Position numbers and translations under genes: made by a program. From a virus (taxonomy: Duplodnaviria > Caudoviricetes), in IMG/VR virus record IMGVR_UViG_3300032046_000031, positions 1 to 57,107 of that record: DNA of 57,107 nucleotides, one strand, 5' to 3'. The notes under the pieces are model-generated. The model saw only the letters and a program-made list of their open reading frames with translations. It made no database searches and was not told the DNA's origin. This document shows positions 45,596 through 55,991 of the stretch, piece after piece. How positions within the stretch are numbered: the stretch's first letter is position 1; each line of letters begins with the position of its first letter.

Positions 45596-47800
45596 ATGTC
45601 ACCTTTATCTTGGCTCAAAGCTCCATTTAGCCTTGCAGGTAGGGTAGGGAAAGCAGTGGAGATGGCTCCAGGGGTGATTAGTATGATTCACCCTGAGCAG
45701 ATCCTTGCTAAGTCTCCAATCACGAAGAAACTCTTTGCTCTTACTGTTGATGAGGAACGAGCAGCCAATCTTCTCAGACGAAAGTTTACTGGGGAAGTTG
45801 ATCGTATTGTTAAAAAATATGGGATCAATACTGAGGAAAGAGCAAATCAATTTCTTAACACTCTTGAGTTTCATAACTATAAAGGTCGTCTCCCTGATGC
45901 TCAAGAGATGTCTCAGATGCCTAAATGGACTTTTAATGCAGCAGCTGAGCATTTAAGAAGCATTGAAGATCCAATCTGGCTGGAGTATAATAAGCTGAAA
46001 GATCCCAAGACCTATGAAGGGATTCTTAAAAAGTATGATCTCATTGCTGATCCTACTACTATGGTCAAACCTGAGATTGGCTATGTCTCAGGTCACTTCA
46101 CTCACTTCCCTGTGAAATCTTACACCAACTTCCTAACTGATGAGATCAACCGCACAGAGTCAATGCTCAAAGGTATCCCTGTTGAAGATCCAAACTTCTT
46201 CAACTATAAAGCACATGTAGCAGAAATGAAAAAGAGTTTAGATAAATATTCCAACATCGATACCTCCCTCAATGCTGTTCGTTTCAAACAACTCCCAAAA
46301 GGAGGAGTCTTTGGCCCTTTTGATGAAGCACGTCAGACTCAAAAGATGTGGGGCTATCGCAAAGACTACCAAGATGTCATGCACGAATACGTTGATAAGG
46401 CAGTTAGGAAGATCATGCTTGATCGTTACATGCCAGTTGCTAATGAGTTGGTCAAAGCTGAACCAAATGCTGCTCTCCGCCAGTATGCCTTTGATTACGT
46501 CACTGCTCAGAGAGGTGCCCTTACATCTAAGAGTAGAATCTTCTTCAATGAGTCCCTCGCTCAACTCTTCCCCGATCCTGAATCTGGCTACCGTAACATC
46601 GCTAAGGGAGTTGACTTTGCTACCCGTTTTCAATACCTCTCAAAGATTGGTCTAAGTTGGTTCCGCTTTCCATTTGTGAATGCAACTCAGCCCATTCTTA
46701 CCCTCTACCCAATGGTGGGAGCAAAGAATCTTCTCCTTGCTTACGGGAAAGATATTACCAACCCTAAACTTTGGCAGGAAGCAAAGGATGTGGGTGTTAT
46801 CTTTGAGATGCAACTAAGAAAGGGATTGGCTGAAGCTCTTGGGAGAGCCCCAAGAGAGAGTTGGTTGTGGAAAACTGAGAAGGTTATAAGTTGGCCAGCT
46901 TCCATCTCTGAGGAATTAAACAGAGTTGTAACCTACGCTGCTGGAAAGAGACAAGCAGCAGAGATGGGATTGCAAGGGCAAGAAGTGGTGGATCATGCAA
47001 TCAAACTTGTCAACCGTACCCAATTCCTTTACAGTAAGGCTGGGATGCCTTTGATCATGAGTAAGTCTCCAGCTGGAAGGTTGCTCTTTCAATTCCGTAC
47101 CTTCACCTCAAACTACATCAACTTTCTCACCCAACTTTGGAGAGAAGGGAATTACGCTGGTTTCGCCAGAGCCTTAGGATCACTTGGAGCACTCTCTGGA
47201 ACCGCTGCCATCCCATTTGGACTCTGGGAGGGGACACGGAAAGGCTTACTCAGAAATGCTGGGATCGATATTGGAGAGTTTAATCCTGTTGAGACCCTTA
47301 CTGAAAGAGCAGGGTTCTCCCCTCCACTCGATCTTGGCCAATCCCTTGAACCCTTTAATATCCCAGGTGACGTCACTCAGATGTTTGGCCCTTCCATTGG
47401 CCCTGTTGCAAAACTTCTCTTTGATTGGATGAGAAAGCCTGAGGAAGGGAAAGAGCATCTCAGACGATTTGGTGAATCTTATGCTGGACCTCCTATTGTT
47501 AGAGCAGTTAAGGGGTTGGGATTTCCAACTGTGACCACAGAACCAACCAAGACTATGCCTAAAGGAAGGGTGATTGGACAGAGATCTCTTGCTGAAGCAA
47601 TGTTCATGCGAGGACCTCTTGAATCAACCAGACGAAAGTATATGACATTGATGGCAAATGCAATGGCAGGGGGGAGGGAGGATCTTTCTCGTCAATATAT
47701 GCAAAGGATGAGACAGATGGGAGTTCAATTTAGTGAACAGGATTTTGGGCAGGTGAGACAGATGGCAAGTAAGTTGAAAGGGGTACCAGCTGTACAATGA
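45596..47800 (+). CDS. Large internal virion / ejection protein
   Basis: AIKLVNRTQFLYSK...LLFQFRTF motif typical of large ejection/polyvalent proteins. Confidence 0.65.
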   Translation: MSPLSWLKAPFSLAGRVGKAVEMAPGVISMIHPEQILAKSPITKKLFALTVDEERAANLLRRKFTGEVDRIVKKYGINTEERANQFLNTLEFHNYKGRLPDAQEMSQMPKWTFNAAAEHLRSIEDPIWLEYNKLKDPKTYEGILKKYDLIADPTTMVKPEIGYVSGHFTHFPVKSYTNFLTDEINRTESMLKGIPVEDPNFFNYKAHVAEMKKSLDKYSNIDTSLNAVRFKQLPKGGVFGPFDEARQTQKMWGYRKDYQDVMHEYVDKAVRKIMLDRYMPVANELVKAEPNAALRQYAFDYVTAQRGALTSKSRIFFNESLAQLFPDPESGYRNIAKGVDFATRFQYLSKIGLSWFRFPFVNATQPILTLYPMVGAKNLLLAYGKDITNPKLWQEAKDVGVIFEMQLRKGLAEALGRAPRESWLWKTEKVISWPASISEELNRVVTYAAGKRQAAEMGLQGQEVVDHAIKLVNRTQFLYSKAGMPLIMSKSPAGRLLFQFRTFTSNYINFLTQLWREGNYAGFARALGSLGALSGTAAIPFGLWEGTRKGLLRNAGIDIGEFNPVETLTERAGFSPPLDLGQSLEPFNIPGDVTQMFGPSIGPVAKLLFDWMRKPEEGKEHLRRFGESYAGPPIVRAVKGLGFPTVTTEPTKTMPKGRVIGQRSLAEAMFMRGPLESTRRKYMTLMANAMAGGREDLSRQYMQRMRQMGVQFSEQDFGQVRQMASKLKGVPAVQ

Positions 47801-48690
47801 TCTACCCTGCTGACTCCCATCTTGAACTCCTTCTCTGTCCTCCAACCTTTCTCTCAACGGAGATCATCAACAACCGTTGGATGAAGAAGATGTCTCCAGA
47901 GGAGAGGCAGGTCAACCGTGATAAAGCTGTCTCTCAATTTCACCTTATGTATAGCTTATTCAGTCAGGATGCTATGGTTTATCTCCTCCCACCAAAGAAT
48001 GGTTTGCAAGACCAAGTTTACATCACAAATGCAGGGATGTGTCTCCCGCATCTTGAAAAGACTGTCATCCTTGCAAATTTCAAAGCTGAAGGACGACCTG
48101 GGGAGGAAGATGAGTTAGCTTGGTTTATCTCAAAGATGGGATATGCAACCTTCAAGCCTCCTTTCTTCTTTGAAGGAGAGGCAGAGTTAAAGTGGGTGAG
48201 GGACAACATCTACATTGGAGGGTATGGGATTAGGACACATCTCAAAGCTTTAGAATGGATCGAAGCTAACTTTGGTGCAAGAATTATCAAGATTGAAGAG
48301 ACCGACCCCCTCACCTACCATCTTGACTGTAACATCTTCCCCCTTTCTAATACAAAGATCATCTTTAATGAAAATCTGGTGAAAGATCCACAGTTAAGGG
48401 AGATGGAACAGATTGCTGAGCTTATCCCTGTGACTAAGAAGCAGGCTCAATTCTCCATTACAAATAATCTGAGAGTTGGCTCCATTGTGTATTCAGCTAC
48501 AGGGATCAAAGAGATGAAACTATCTGATGAGGAATACCCATTTGAGAAGGATAAGGATGAGAAATTAGAACAGATTTGTAGAGCTGCTGGGTTGGAGTTG
48601 ATCTTTATCAACCTATCAGAGATGTATAAATCTGGTGCAGCTTTAAGCTGTTGTATATTTCACCTTAACTATACGAACTTTTTTGATTGA
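47797..48690 (+). CDS. Amidinotransferase / arginine deiminase-dihydrolase (pentein) family enzyme
   Basis: LQDQVYITNAG, FEGEAE, YHLDC and YKSGAALSCC (catalytic Cys). Confidence 0.85.
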   Translation: MIYPADSHLELLLCPPTFLSTEIINNRWMKKMSPEERQVNRDKAVSQFHLMYSLFSQDAMVYLLPPKNGLQDQVYITNAGMCLPHLEKTVILANFKAEGRPGEEDELAWFISKMGYATFKPPFFFEGEAELKWVRDNIYIGGYGIRTHLKALEWIEANFGARIIKIEETDPLTYHLDCNIFPLSNTKIIFNENLVKDPQLREMEQIAELIPVTKKQAQFSITNNLRVGSIVYSATGIKEMKLSDEEYPFEKDKDEKLEQICRAAGLELIFINLSEMYKSGAALSCCIFHLNYTNFFD

Positions 48691-49414
48691 TATGCTACCT
48701 TTACAAGACTTTCTCCAACAATCTGAAACACAGCAAATTAAGAGAGAGCTCCCTCTCAAACTCTACGAGGTTGATTTCAATCGTGATCCCAACCGATCAA
48801 TCTACCATGACCAGTCTACCTTCCTCTCCCCTGCAGATGGTGTAATCGTCTATGCTAAGGTTGTTCACCCTAAAGAGAACATGATCGAAGTTAAAGGGAT
48901 GAATTATACTATTGAAACCCTCATGCAAGAGACCATGAAGTACCCATGTTTGATCATTGGCATCTTCATGACCGCTCTTGACGTTCACATCAATCGCATC
49001 CCTACTAATGGCTTCATCAAACACACAAAACTCCCTCCTTTAAAGGTAGCTAACCTCTCAATGAGGGAGGTTGAAAAGGATATCCTAAAGAGGCTCAATC
49101 TTGATTATTCGCACATGGAGTATATGCTCTTCAATGAGAGAGTTAAGAATCGTATCTATGCCCCCAATCTCAAACAACCTTATTACATCTTACAAATCGC
49201 TGACTTCGAGGTGGATGTCATCGCTCACTTTGGAGACTCTGATGATTATTACACACAGGGAGAAAGGTTTAGTGTGGTCAGGATGGGAAGTCAGGTTGAC
49301 CTTATTATCCCCTTTATCAACCCTAAACTGCAATTTGAATCTCTCCTTAATAACTGCCTTCTCTATCATGTTGAAGCAGGAAAGGATAGGTTGGTAAGAA
49401 TAAATGGAATTTGA
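48683..49414 (+). CDS. psd: Phosphatidylserine decarboxylase-family pyruvoyl proenzyme
   Basis: FNRDPNR, SPADG, IGIFMTALDVHINRIP and RMGSQVD (G-S autocleavage site). Confidence 0.85.
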   Translation: MIDMLPLQDFLQQSETQQIKRELPLKLYEVDFNRDPNRSIYHDQSTFLSPADGVIVYAKVVHPKENMIEVKGMNYTIETLMQETMKYPCLIIGIFMTALDVHINRIPTNGFIKHTKLPPLKVANLSMREVEKDILKRLNLDYSHMEYMLFNERVKNRIYAPNLKQPYYILQIADFEVDVIAHFGDSDDYYTQGERFSVVRMGSQVDLIIPFINPKLQFESLLNNCLLYHVEAGKDRLVRINGI

Positions 49415-50291
49415 CGATAGGTTAACCACCATCGTTTATTTTGCTGAGACCCTCCCCTCTCGCTATCCAGAGGTGTTTCTCCCAGCAAAGACTAACCTTG
49501 AATCAAATGGGATTAAGGTTAAACTGATCAAAGGAATAGAAAACATTTGGTGTCGAGATTATCTGCCAATTCAGGTGGGTGACCACTTTGTGAAATTCAT
49601 CTATGCCGATTCCAACTTTGAACATCGAAAGCCCCCAAAGATATCTTGTTGGGATGGATTTGCTGTTCCCTCTATTATCTCACCAATTATCTTAGATGGT
49701 GGTAACGTTGTAAGAGGATTTGGAAAGACCTTCATCACAGAGAAAGTGCTTAGAGACAACGTAAGGGTGAAACCTCGTGCAATTATTCACAAACTTTCAT
49801 CCCTTCTTGACTCAGAGATAATCCTCCTCCCAATCGAACCTGGAGACAATCTTGGTCACTCAGATGGGATTGTTAAGTTTATGGATGAGAAGACCATCCT
49901 CATCAATGACTATTCAAGCATCTTTGAAAAGGACAAGAAGTTCATTGAGTATGATGAGAAACTTAGAAAGCTTCTCTCTAAGAAGGGGTTTGAAATTGAG
50001 ACTCTTCCCTTTGCCTATGGTGACTGGGATTGGAATATGTCAGAGAAAGAGTTTCGTAAGCAATATCCTTTCGCTGACGATTTCAACCCAGGATTTGGGT
50101 ATTATATCAATTTCTTATTGGTAAGAGGGGTAATCCTTCTTCCTACGATGGGAATCAAAAAAGACTTTGATGTAGTGAGGAAGATGAAATTTCTCTATCC
50201 ACATTACAATATTGTTGCAATTGATTGCTCCCATCTTTCATTTGAGGGTGGGCTGATGAATTGCATCTCATGGAATATAATGGAGGTGTAA
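49404..50291 (+). CDS. aguA: Agmatine deiminase / Porphyromonas-type peptidylarginine deiminase family
   Basis: IWCRDY, LDGGN, GHSDG, YINFL and GGLMNCIS. Confidence 0.88.
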   Translation: MEFDDRLTTIVYFAETLPSRYPEVFLPAKTNLESNGIKVKLIKGIENIWCRDYLPIQVGDHFVKFIYADSNFEHRKPPKISCWDGFAVPSIISPIILDGGNVVRGFGKTFITEKVLRDNVRVKPRAIIHKLSSLLDSEIILLPIEPGDNLGHSDGIVKFMDEKTILINDYSSIFEKDKKFIEYDEKLRKLLSKKGFEIETLPFAYGDWDWNMSEKEFRKQYPFADDFNPGFGYYINFLLVRGVILLPTMGIKKDFDVVRKMKFLYPHYNIVAIDCSHLSFEGGLMNCISWNIMEV

Positions 50292-50292
50292 A

Positions 50293-50661
50293 ATGTTACC
50301 ATTTTTTCAAGCTGTCTTAACAGGGTTACAAGGTCTTGGTGGAGGGATCGCAAAAGGGATTGGATCAAGTTTAGGGTTGGATCTTGCAAAGAATATCCCA
50401 AACGTTGCAACCATAAAAAGCCCTGTCTCTGGGAAGCTCTTACAGGTAGCAACTCTCCCAGTCACTTCTACCTGGGAGAAACTTGGAACGATGTTAGGGA
50501 CACAGGCGATGGGCAGTCAAGCACCCTCTCTCCCCTCCGCTCCTTCTTTAGACACATCAACCAGAGTCCAAGCACCGTCTCAAAGAGCTCTAACAGGTGG
50601 GTTTCAGAGAGGGAAGAAGTCTCAGTTGGAGACACTTATCGAACAACTGGCAAGGAGGTAG
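50293..50661 (+). CDS. Gly/Ser-rich hypothetical (pilot-like) protein
   Basis: SD GGAGGT; composition. Confidence 0.55.
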   Translation: MLPFFQAVLTGLQGLGGGIAKGIGSSLGLDLAKNIPNVATIKSPVSGKLLQVATLPVTSTWEKLGTMLGTQAMGSQAPSLPSAPSLDTSTRVQAPSQRALTGGFQRGKKSQLETLIEQLARR

Positions 50662-50665
50662 AAAG

Positions 50666-50842
50666 ATGCCTTATAAGATGACCAAAGTTGATGGCTACCG
50701 TGTAACCTCCCCTCATGGAGTTAAAGCAAAACATACCACAAAGGGGAGAGGTGCAGCACAGATGCGTTTGCTGAGAGGGGTTGAACATGGGATGGTCCCT
50801 CGGAGAAAGGTAGGATCGAAAAGGAGAAGTAGGTCTCGTTAG
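50666..50842 (+). CDS. Small Arg/Lys-rich basic protein (MPYKMTK...RRSRSR)
   Basis: SD AAGGAGG; last gene of the plus arm; its stop overlaps the convergent stop. Confidence 0.65.
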   Translation: MPYKMTKVDGYRVTSPHGVKAKHTTKGRGAAQMRLLRGVEHGMVPRRKVGSKRRSRSR

Positions 50843-51549
50843 TGACACTCAGGCTTATCTACCTTCTTCCCTGTCAACTTCACCCAATCAAACAGCGACC
50901 AGACAATCTGATTTGAGAGGTCTCTTGCCTCATTTGGTGTCAAGATTCCATCTACCTTTGACAGAGGTAACCAATCTAATTTAATCCCTTTTTCAACTGC
51001 GGTGACTTTGATCTCCATTCCCCCTCCTTTTCCAACTCTGATACAAAGCCACTCCCATCCCCCAAAAGATGAGAGCAGCAACCAAAGCTCCAATAATATT
51101 GATAGCAAGATTAAAAAGCTCTTTCACTTCTTATCTCCAATCCAATTAGGTTTAGAGAGTTGCGCTATCACTTTTGGGATATAAATTTTTCTTAAAATCA
51201 TATCAAAATATTCCACCTGTAAAAATAGAAACAAATCCTCCATTGTTTGTATCTTTTTTCTTTTTATCTTCCATTTCATCTTTCCTCCCATACGCCAAGT
51301 TTTCTTTAAAATCTCATCAGATTGTTCAATTGTTAAGCTCATCTTCCCTCCTTTATAGTATAGAGAGTTTATATAAAATTTCAAATGTTTGTATTAAACC
51401 ACCCATCCACATTTTATCAAACATTGGATACTTCTCTCTTGCCTTTTCAAAACTACCTTCTTTATAAGTAATTACCAAAAAATCTCCATAATCAATAAGA
51501 ATCTGAGCAAGTTCATTTCTCACTTTTAATAATCTCTCATCCCTTTTTA

Positions 51550-52857
51550 TCATTTCCCATTTCCTCCTTTCTTCTTCTCCTTAATCTGCTCAAACCATTC
51601 TTGATGTGATTGCCAACAGACTGAAAATTTCTTCTTCGTTACATCTTCCCCCTCCTTCTTACACTGTTCCCTTATATAACCCTCTGTAACATAGATCACC
51701 TTCGTCCTTCCCTGTGTTGCAATCCTGTCATACCCAATCTTTTCCTCATCCACCAGCGTATGGATGATCGCTTTAAGGTCGTCCCCTGTCATACAGTAAT
51801 GAAAGGCTGAGAGCAGATGAGCATGTTGGATCATCCCAACCTCATTAATCTTCCCTAATACCTTATCCTGAAACTTAGCCTTCTCCCCCCATGCTACCCC
51901 CTGATAAGCGTAAGGCATTGTCAGCTCGATCTTTCCCAACAGTGCTAAAGCGGACTCAATATGCTCTTCTGTAATCACCATATCATCATTAATGCTTGCT
52001 GAGATTGCCATTGCTACCTTATGCACCATCGTATGCTTCTTAGAATAATACCCTTTCAGTCGTTGATCTGGATTCTTATACTTATCTCTCACCAAATACC
52101 ATTTATCAAAGAACTCTATTGCCTCTTGAGTCTCAAAGAACGGTCCAGTAAGCTGACTGATTCGATTTAAATCTGCTATCAATTTTTTTTCTATATCATC
52201 ACTTAAAGAAATCTTTTTTGGATGCCCAACTTGTTTCTCATCTGTAAGAATAGCAACAGGAATGATTCGAGATGAGAATCCTCCTCCAATGAAGTCAGCT
52301 GCTGATCCTGTTGTCAGCCATTCTGGAGTGGAAGCTGCAAGAATATTCACACAGGGTTTCTCTATGACATAGATACCTTGATTTTTTGTTCGATATTCAA
52401 ATGCTCCACAATCATAAAGATCAGTTAAATCTTCAATAAGACCAGAATCAGAGTATGCACCTTTAGCGAAAACTTTGAACTCTGAACAGTGAACACTTAC
52501 CTCTGCTAACTTATCTGGATTTTTAGCTTGAGCCTGAGCCATCCAATCCACCAGATATCCCATTGTAAGTTTTCCACGCATAATCACTAAATCAGGGACT
52601 GCTTGAGAGAGAAAAGCATTTGTTCCAATCTTAATTGCTGTGGATTTCATCCCAACACCAGACTCTGAGACAAGAATTGTATAGAGGTTAGGATAGAGGA
52701 TGTAAAAACCACCTCGCTCTAACCAGCATCTTCTTCTCATCGCAGAGGCAATTGTGCTGATCCCTGTCCAAGTATGAAATATTGTAGGACTTTGCTGAGG
52801 CTTAGTATACTCGAGGTAAGTCCTGATCCAACCATCTCGGCATTCACGTTGAGGCAT
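51550..52857 (-). CDS. DUF3987-like P-loop ATPase (probable replicative helicase)
   Basis: LYPNLYTILVSESGVGMKST, SEF, LTDLYD, ILAASTP and GGGFSSR motifs. Confidence 0.75.
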   Translation of the reverse strand: MPQRECRDGWIRTYLEYTKPQQSPTIFHTWTGISTIASAMRRRCWLERGGFYILYPNLYTILVSESGVGMKSTAIKIGTNAFLSQAVPDLVIMRGKLTMGYLVDWMAQAQAKNPDKLAEVSVHCSEFKVFAKGAYSDSGLIEDLTDLYDCGAFEYRTKNQGIYVIEKPCVNILAASTPEWLTTGSAADFIGGGFSSRIIPVAILTDEKQVGHPKKISLSDDIEKKLIADLNRISQLTGPFFETQEAIEFFDKWYLVRDKYKNPDQRLKGYYSKKHTMVHKVAMAISASINDDMVITEEHIESALALLGKIELTMPYAYQGVAWGEKAKFQDKVLGKINEVGMIQHAHLLSAFHYCMTGDDLKAIIHTLVDEEKIGYDRIATQGRTKVIYVTEGYIREQCKKEGEDVTKKKFSVCWQSHQEWFEQIKEKKKGGNGK

Positions 52858-53177
52858 GATCTACCTCTTCATCACTCTTAACTGCATCCCAGAGACCTTA
52901 GAGTAGAACTGCCAATTTTCGTGCCTCTTCTTCTGTTCCTCTTTCACCATCAACTCATACTCAAAATCATCTGACCTCCCACACTTTATGCAGACACCAT
53001 CAACGATAGGGCTCTGGCAGAAGATGCAGATGTGGTGAGAGGTCTCCCAGAAATCAATCAGTCTAAGCAGGGCATAGTGAGAGTCAAACCCTCGACACCT
53101 GCAAAAATCCTCAAACCTACGATTGGACTCGGTGAGATAGTCTCCATTTCTCATTTTTCCCTCCTCTTTAACAAAAG

Positions 53178-53202
53178 CTCAGTATAGGTCGGTTTTCGAC
53201 CT
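53178..53202. promoter_or_regulatory. Dispersed palindrome copy 6 (CTCAGTAT-AGGTCG-gtttt-CGACCT)
   Basis: At the 3' end of ORF 53179..53385. Confidence 0.75.
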
Positions 53203-53511
53203 AAATGCAGCTTTCTTCAATTCTTGGTATTGTCTCCTTCTCCCAGTACAAATAACCTGCCCCTTTTCATCTACTTCATAGATGCGTTCTCTTTGGGAGA
53301 AATCCTTTCCATAGACCTTTTTTCTAAGACTCTTAACCTTACGTTGATTCACTTCTTCCACCTCCTTCCTCTTTAATATAGACATCTTTTGGATGGAGAT
53401 AGATCTTCTTTATCCGCCCAAAAATATAACGGAACGGATTAAACCATCTCCTATAAATTCTCATTTGAAAAGATGCTCCATATATGAGTTGGTCAAAATA
53501 ACATTTATAAT

Positions 53512-55881
53512 CTACTTTTTCCATCTTTTTCCACAACCTGCCTCCTTTACTGGGATCTTAAACCTCTCTCCCTTCCATATCAATTCTTTGTCAAAAGCTA
53601 ATTTTACCAAAGGTTCAATCTCTTTAAGTGATTCTTCTTTTACCTCTATGATCATTGAATCAAATCCTTCCTGAATAATCTCACATCCTTTAGGAAGAAG
53701 GTATTCTAATTTGATAATTGCCAAATGATTGTATGTTGCAATTGTCCTTTGGGGAAGATGTGCAAATGCTTTCTTTGGTGTCTCAGTATCTTTCATCCCT
53801 CTATAAGATCGAAACAATCTCTTTCCTCCAAAAGGATCGATAAGGATTCGAGTTCTTTGCAGCTCCTCAACAATCTGTTGATGCCACATCTCCATCTCTG
53901 GGGCAAACATATCATATCTTCTAAGTAACTCTTCTGCCTCTTTGATTGACTTTTTGGTCATTACAGCAAGCATTGCTGGCTGCAATCCATTAGTCTTAGC
54001 ATGAGTTACTCTTTTACCTGTATAATATTCTCCTCCAGGTTTGTTATTATTATCAATCTCAGATTCTGATTTATTAAATATCCAACTTGCAACCATCTTG
54101 TGAACTTTTTCACCTTTTCTCAGCTTATCCAATAAAGCTGTACAGTTAGAGAGTACAGCCGCAACATAAATCTCAGCCTGCCATAAATCTAAAACGAGTA
54201 AAACCTTTCCTTCCCCTGCAAGAAACATCTCTCGAAGGTCTTCTGGGATATTTTGAAGATCAAGTCCTGTGTTATCATAAGTTTTGCTGGCTGAACTCCT
54301 ATCTGTATCTGTTCCACAGACATTATATCTACTTCTGATCCTCCCATCAGGATCTGCCTTTGGTAGTGTATATTCACCATCAGAATCTTTTGAAGCGAGA
54401 TAGGTTCCCATGCGTTTAACCTTACCCCTGATATCTAAGGCTAAATATAATTCTGGTCGAGGGTATCTTGCAATGAGTTTGTTCAGTGTCTCTTCATCTG
54501 CGGTTGGTTTTTTGGTCTTTCTATTGTGATAAACAGGAAGTTTTAAATCTTGATAAAGAAATTTGATCATTTGCTTGTTGGAGAGTGGATTTAGATCATA
54601 GCCAACATAGGATTTAAGTTGTGCTTTTAAGGTTTTAACCTCCCCTACTTCCCTTACCAATAACTCTACTCTCTTCTCATCATCTACAAGAATCCCTCTT
54701 TGCTGTACCCTCCACATCACCCTCATCTTTGGCATGTCAAACCCATAAAAGCGAGAGAGCATTCCCATCTCTTTTAACTCTTTCGTTAGGATTGGTTCAA
54801 GGATGAGAGGAATTTCTACATCCTTGCCATTATATTCCCAGAGTCGCTCACTTGATGTGGTGTACTTCCAACTTTTCTCTTCGTCTTTGGGATCATCCTT
54901 ATAGTAATTGACATCTGTATAGATCGAGGTCATAAAAGCAAGGGTGTGAGGGAGTTCAGGCTCTAACAGGTGGTAGGCAACCATGAGATCATACCATGGT
55001 GGAGATGGTTCTCCAATAAAAGGGAGAAGTTTGGTGAAATCGTAGTTTAGGTTTTGGCCGATCTTAAGTTGGTCACCTCTAAGAAGTTGTCGGAGGAGTT
55101 CCCAGATGTAGAACTCTTCTTGCTCTGACCAATAATTGTTGTATCCAAATTTGAAAGGGATGCAGATAGACCATCTCTCATCCACATCAGAGCCAACCGA
55201 ACCAACTCCAACACAAGCAATCTGTCCACTTCCAACCACCTCGATGTCGAGGGAGATCATATTACATCGTGATAGGATTTGGATCTTTTCCTCAACCTCT
55301 TGTAAAGTTGGTCTAATAATAGTATTGAACCTGACATCCTTCCTTCCTCCTTTCCCAACCCTTATCGCCTTCTTAATATCTTCCACGACTACCCCTCTCA
55401 TCTTCCAATTCTCAATCACAAACCTGGGATGAAAGGTTGGGACAACCAGTTTGCGTGGATCGAGAATGCAGGGATAGATGGAGCCTCTGTGTTTAGACAC
55501 TCCTGAGATCTCTCCCTTCTTACTTACCTCTCCCATCCCTGTCAGATACCACATCGCGACATCACCATAAGCAACGATGACTGGGCAATCAATCTCTTGA
55601 AGGGTACGAGAGAGGTTGGGGATAAACATCTCAACTGTTGCTCCCAGCTCAGACAATCTCTCCAACTTATTGAAAGGAGGTCTGATTGGGATAACATTAT
55701 CGAGAAAACAATTCTGTCTTAGTAAACCTGCTGAAGAGAGAATTCCATCTTGGATGTGACCTGAGGGACCAACAAATGGGATGCCTTGATTCGCCTCTTC
55801 CTCTCCAGGTGCTTCCCCAATAAGGATTAACTTAGGTCGCTGTGGCCCGCATCCTTTTACAACTCTTATATTGTCTATCAT
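53512..55881 (-). CDS. polA: Family A DNA polymerase with N-terminal uracil-DNA glycosylase and 3'-5' exonuclease domains
   Basis: UDG motifs GEAPGEEE...PFVGPSG and TFHP; Exo motifs LDIE, QNLNYD and YNGKD; Pol motifs LQNIP, DLWQAE, K..THA..NG and GFDS. Confidence 0.9.
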   Translation of the reverse strand: MIDNIRVVKGCGPQRPKLILIGEAPGEEEANQGIPFVGPSGHIQDGILSSAGLLRQNCFLDNVIPIRPPFNKLERLSELGATVEMFIPNLSRTLQEIDCPVIVAYGDVAMWYLTGMGEVSKKGEISGVSKHRGSIYPCILDPRKLVVPTFHPRFVIENWKMRGVVVEDIKKAIRVGKGGRKDVRFNTIIRPTLQEVEEKIQILSRCNMISLDIEVVGSGQIACVGVGSVGSDVDERWSICIPFKFGYNNYWSEQEEFYIWELLRQLLRGDQLKIGQNLNYDFTKLLPFIGEPSPPWYDLMVAYHLLEPELPHTLAFMTSIYTDVNYYKDDPKDEEKSWKYTTSSERLWEYNGKDVEIPLILEPILTKELKEMGMLSRFYGFDMPKMRVMWRVQQRGILVDDEKRVELLVREVGEVKTLKAQLKSYVGYDLNPLSNKQMIKFLYQDLKLPVYHNRKTKKPTADEETLNKLIARYPRPELYLALDIRGKVKRMGTYLASKDSDGEYTLPKADPDGRIRSRYNVCGTDTDRSSASKTYDNTGLDLQNIPEDLREMFLAGEGKVLLVLDLWQAEIYVAAVLSNCTALLDKLRKGEKVHKMVASWIFNKSESEIDNNNKPGGEYYTGKRVTHAKTNGLQPAMLAVMTKKSIKEAEELLRRYDMFAPEMEMWHQQIVEELQRTRILIDPFGGKRLFRSYRGMKDTETPKKAFAHLPQRTIATYNHLAIIKLEYLLPKGCEIIQEGFDSMIIEVKEESLKEIEPLVKLAFDKELIWKGERFKIPVKEAGCGKRWKK

Positions 55882-55991
55882 AGTTTGCTTTGCACCTTAT
55901 ATGAAAGTAACTACCTGATACAGGAGTTGGGTGCTTTGATCGTAAGCGTTTAACGATTATTATTGTTATCTTTTTTATATTTCCTTGATCA

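Noticed and set aside
6117-53202. Palindromes or attC sites as a CRISPR array
   Set aside because: The copies are dispersed or separated by whole genes, are not identical, and no cas operon is present; the 9338-10279 nuclease fits a recombination module.
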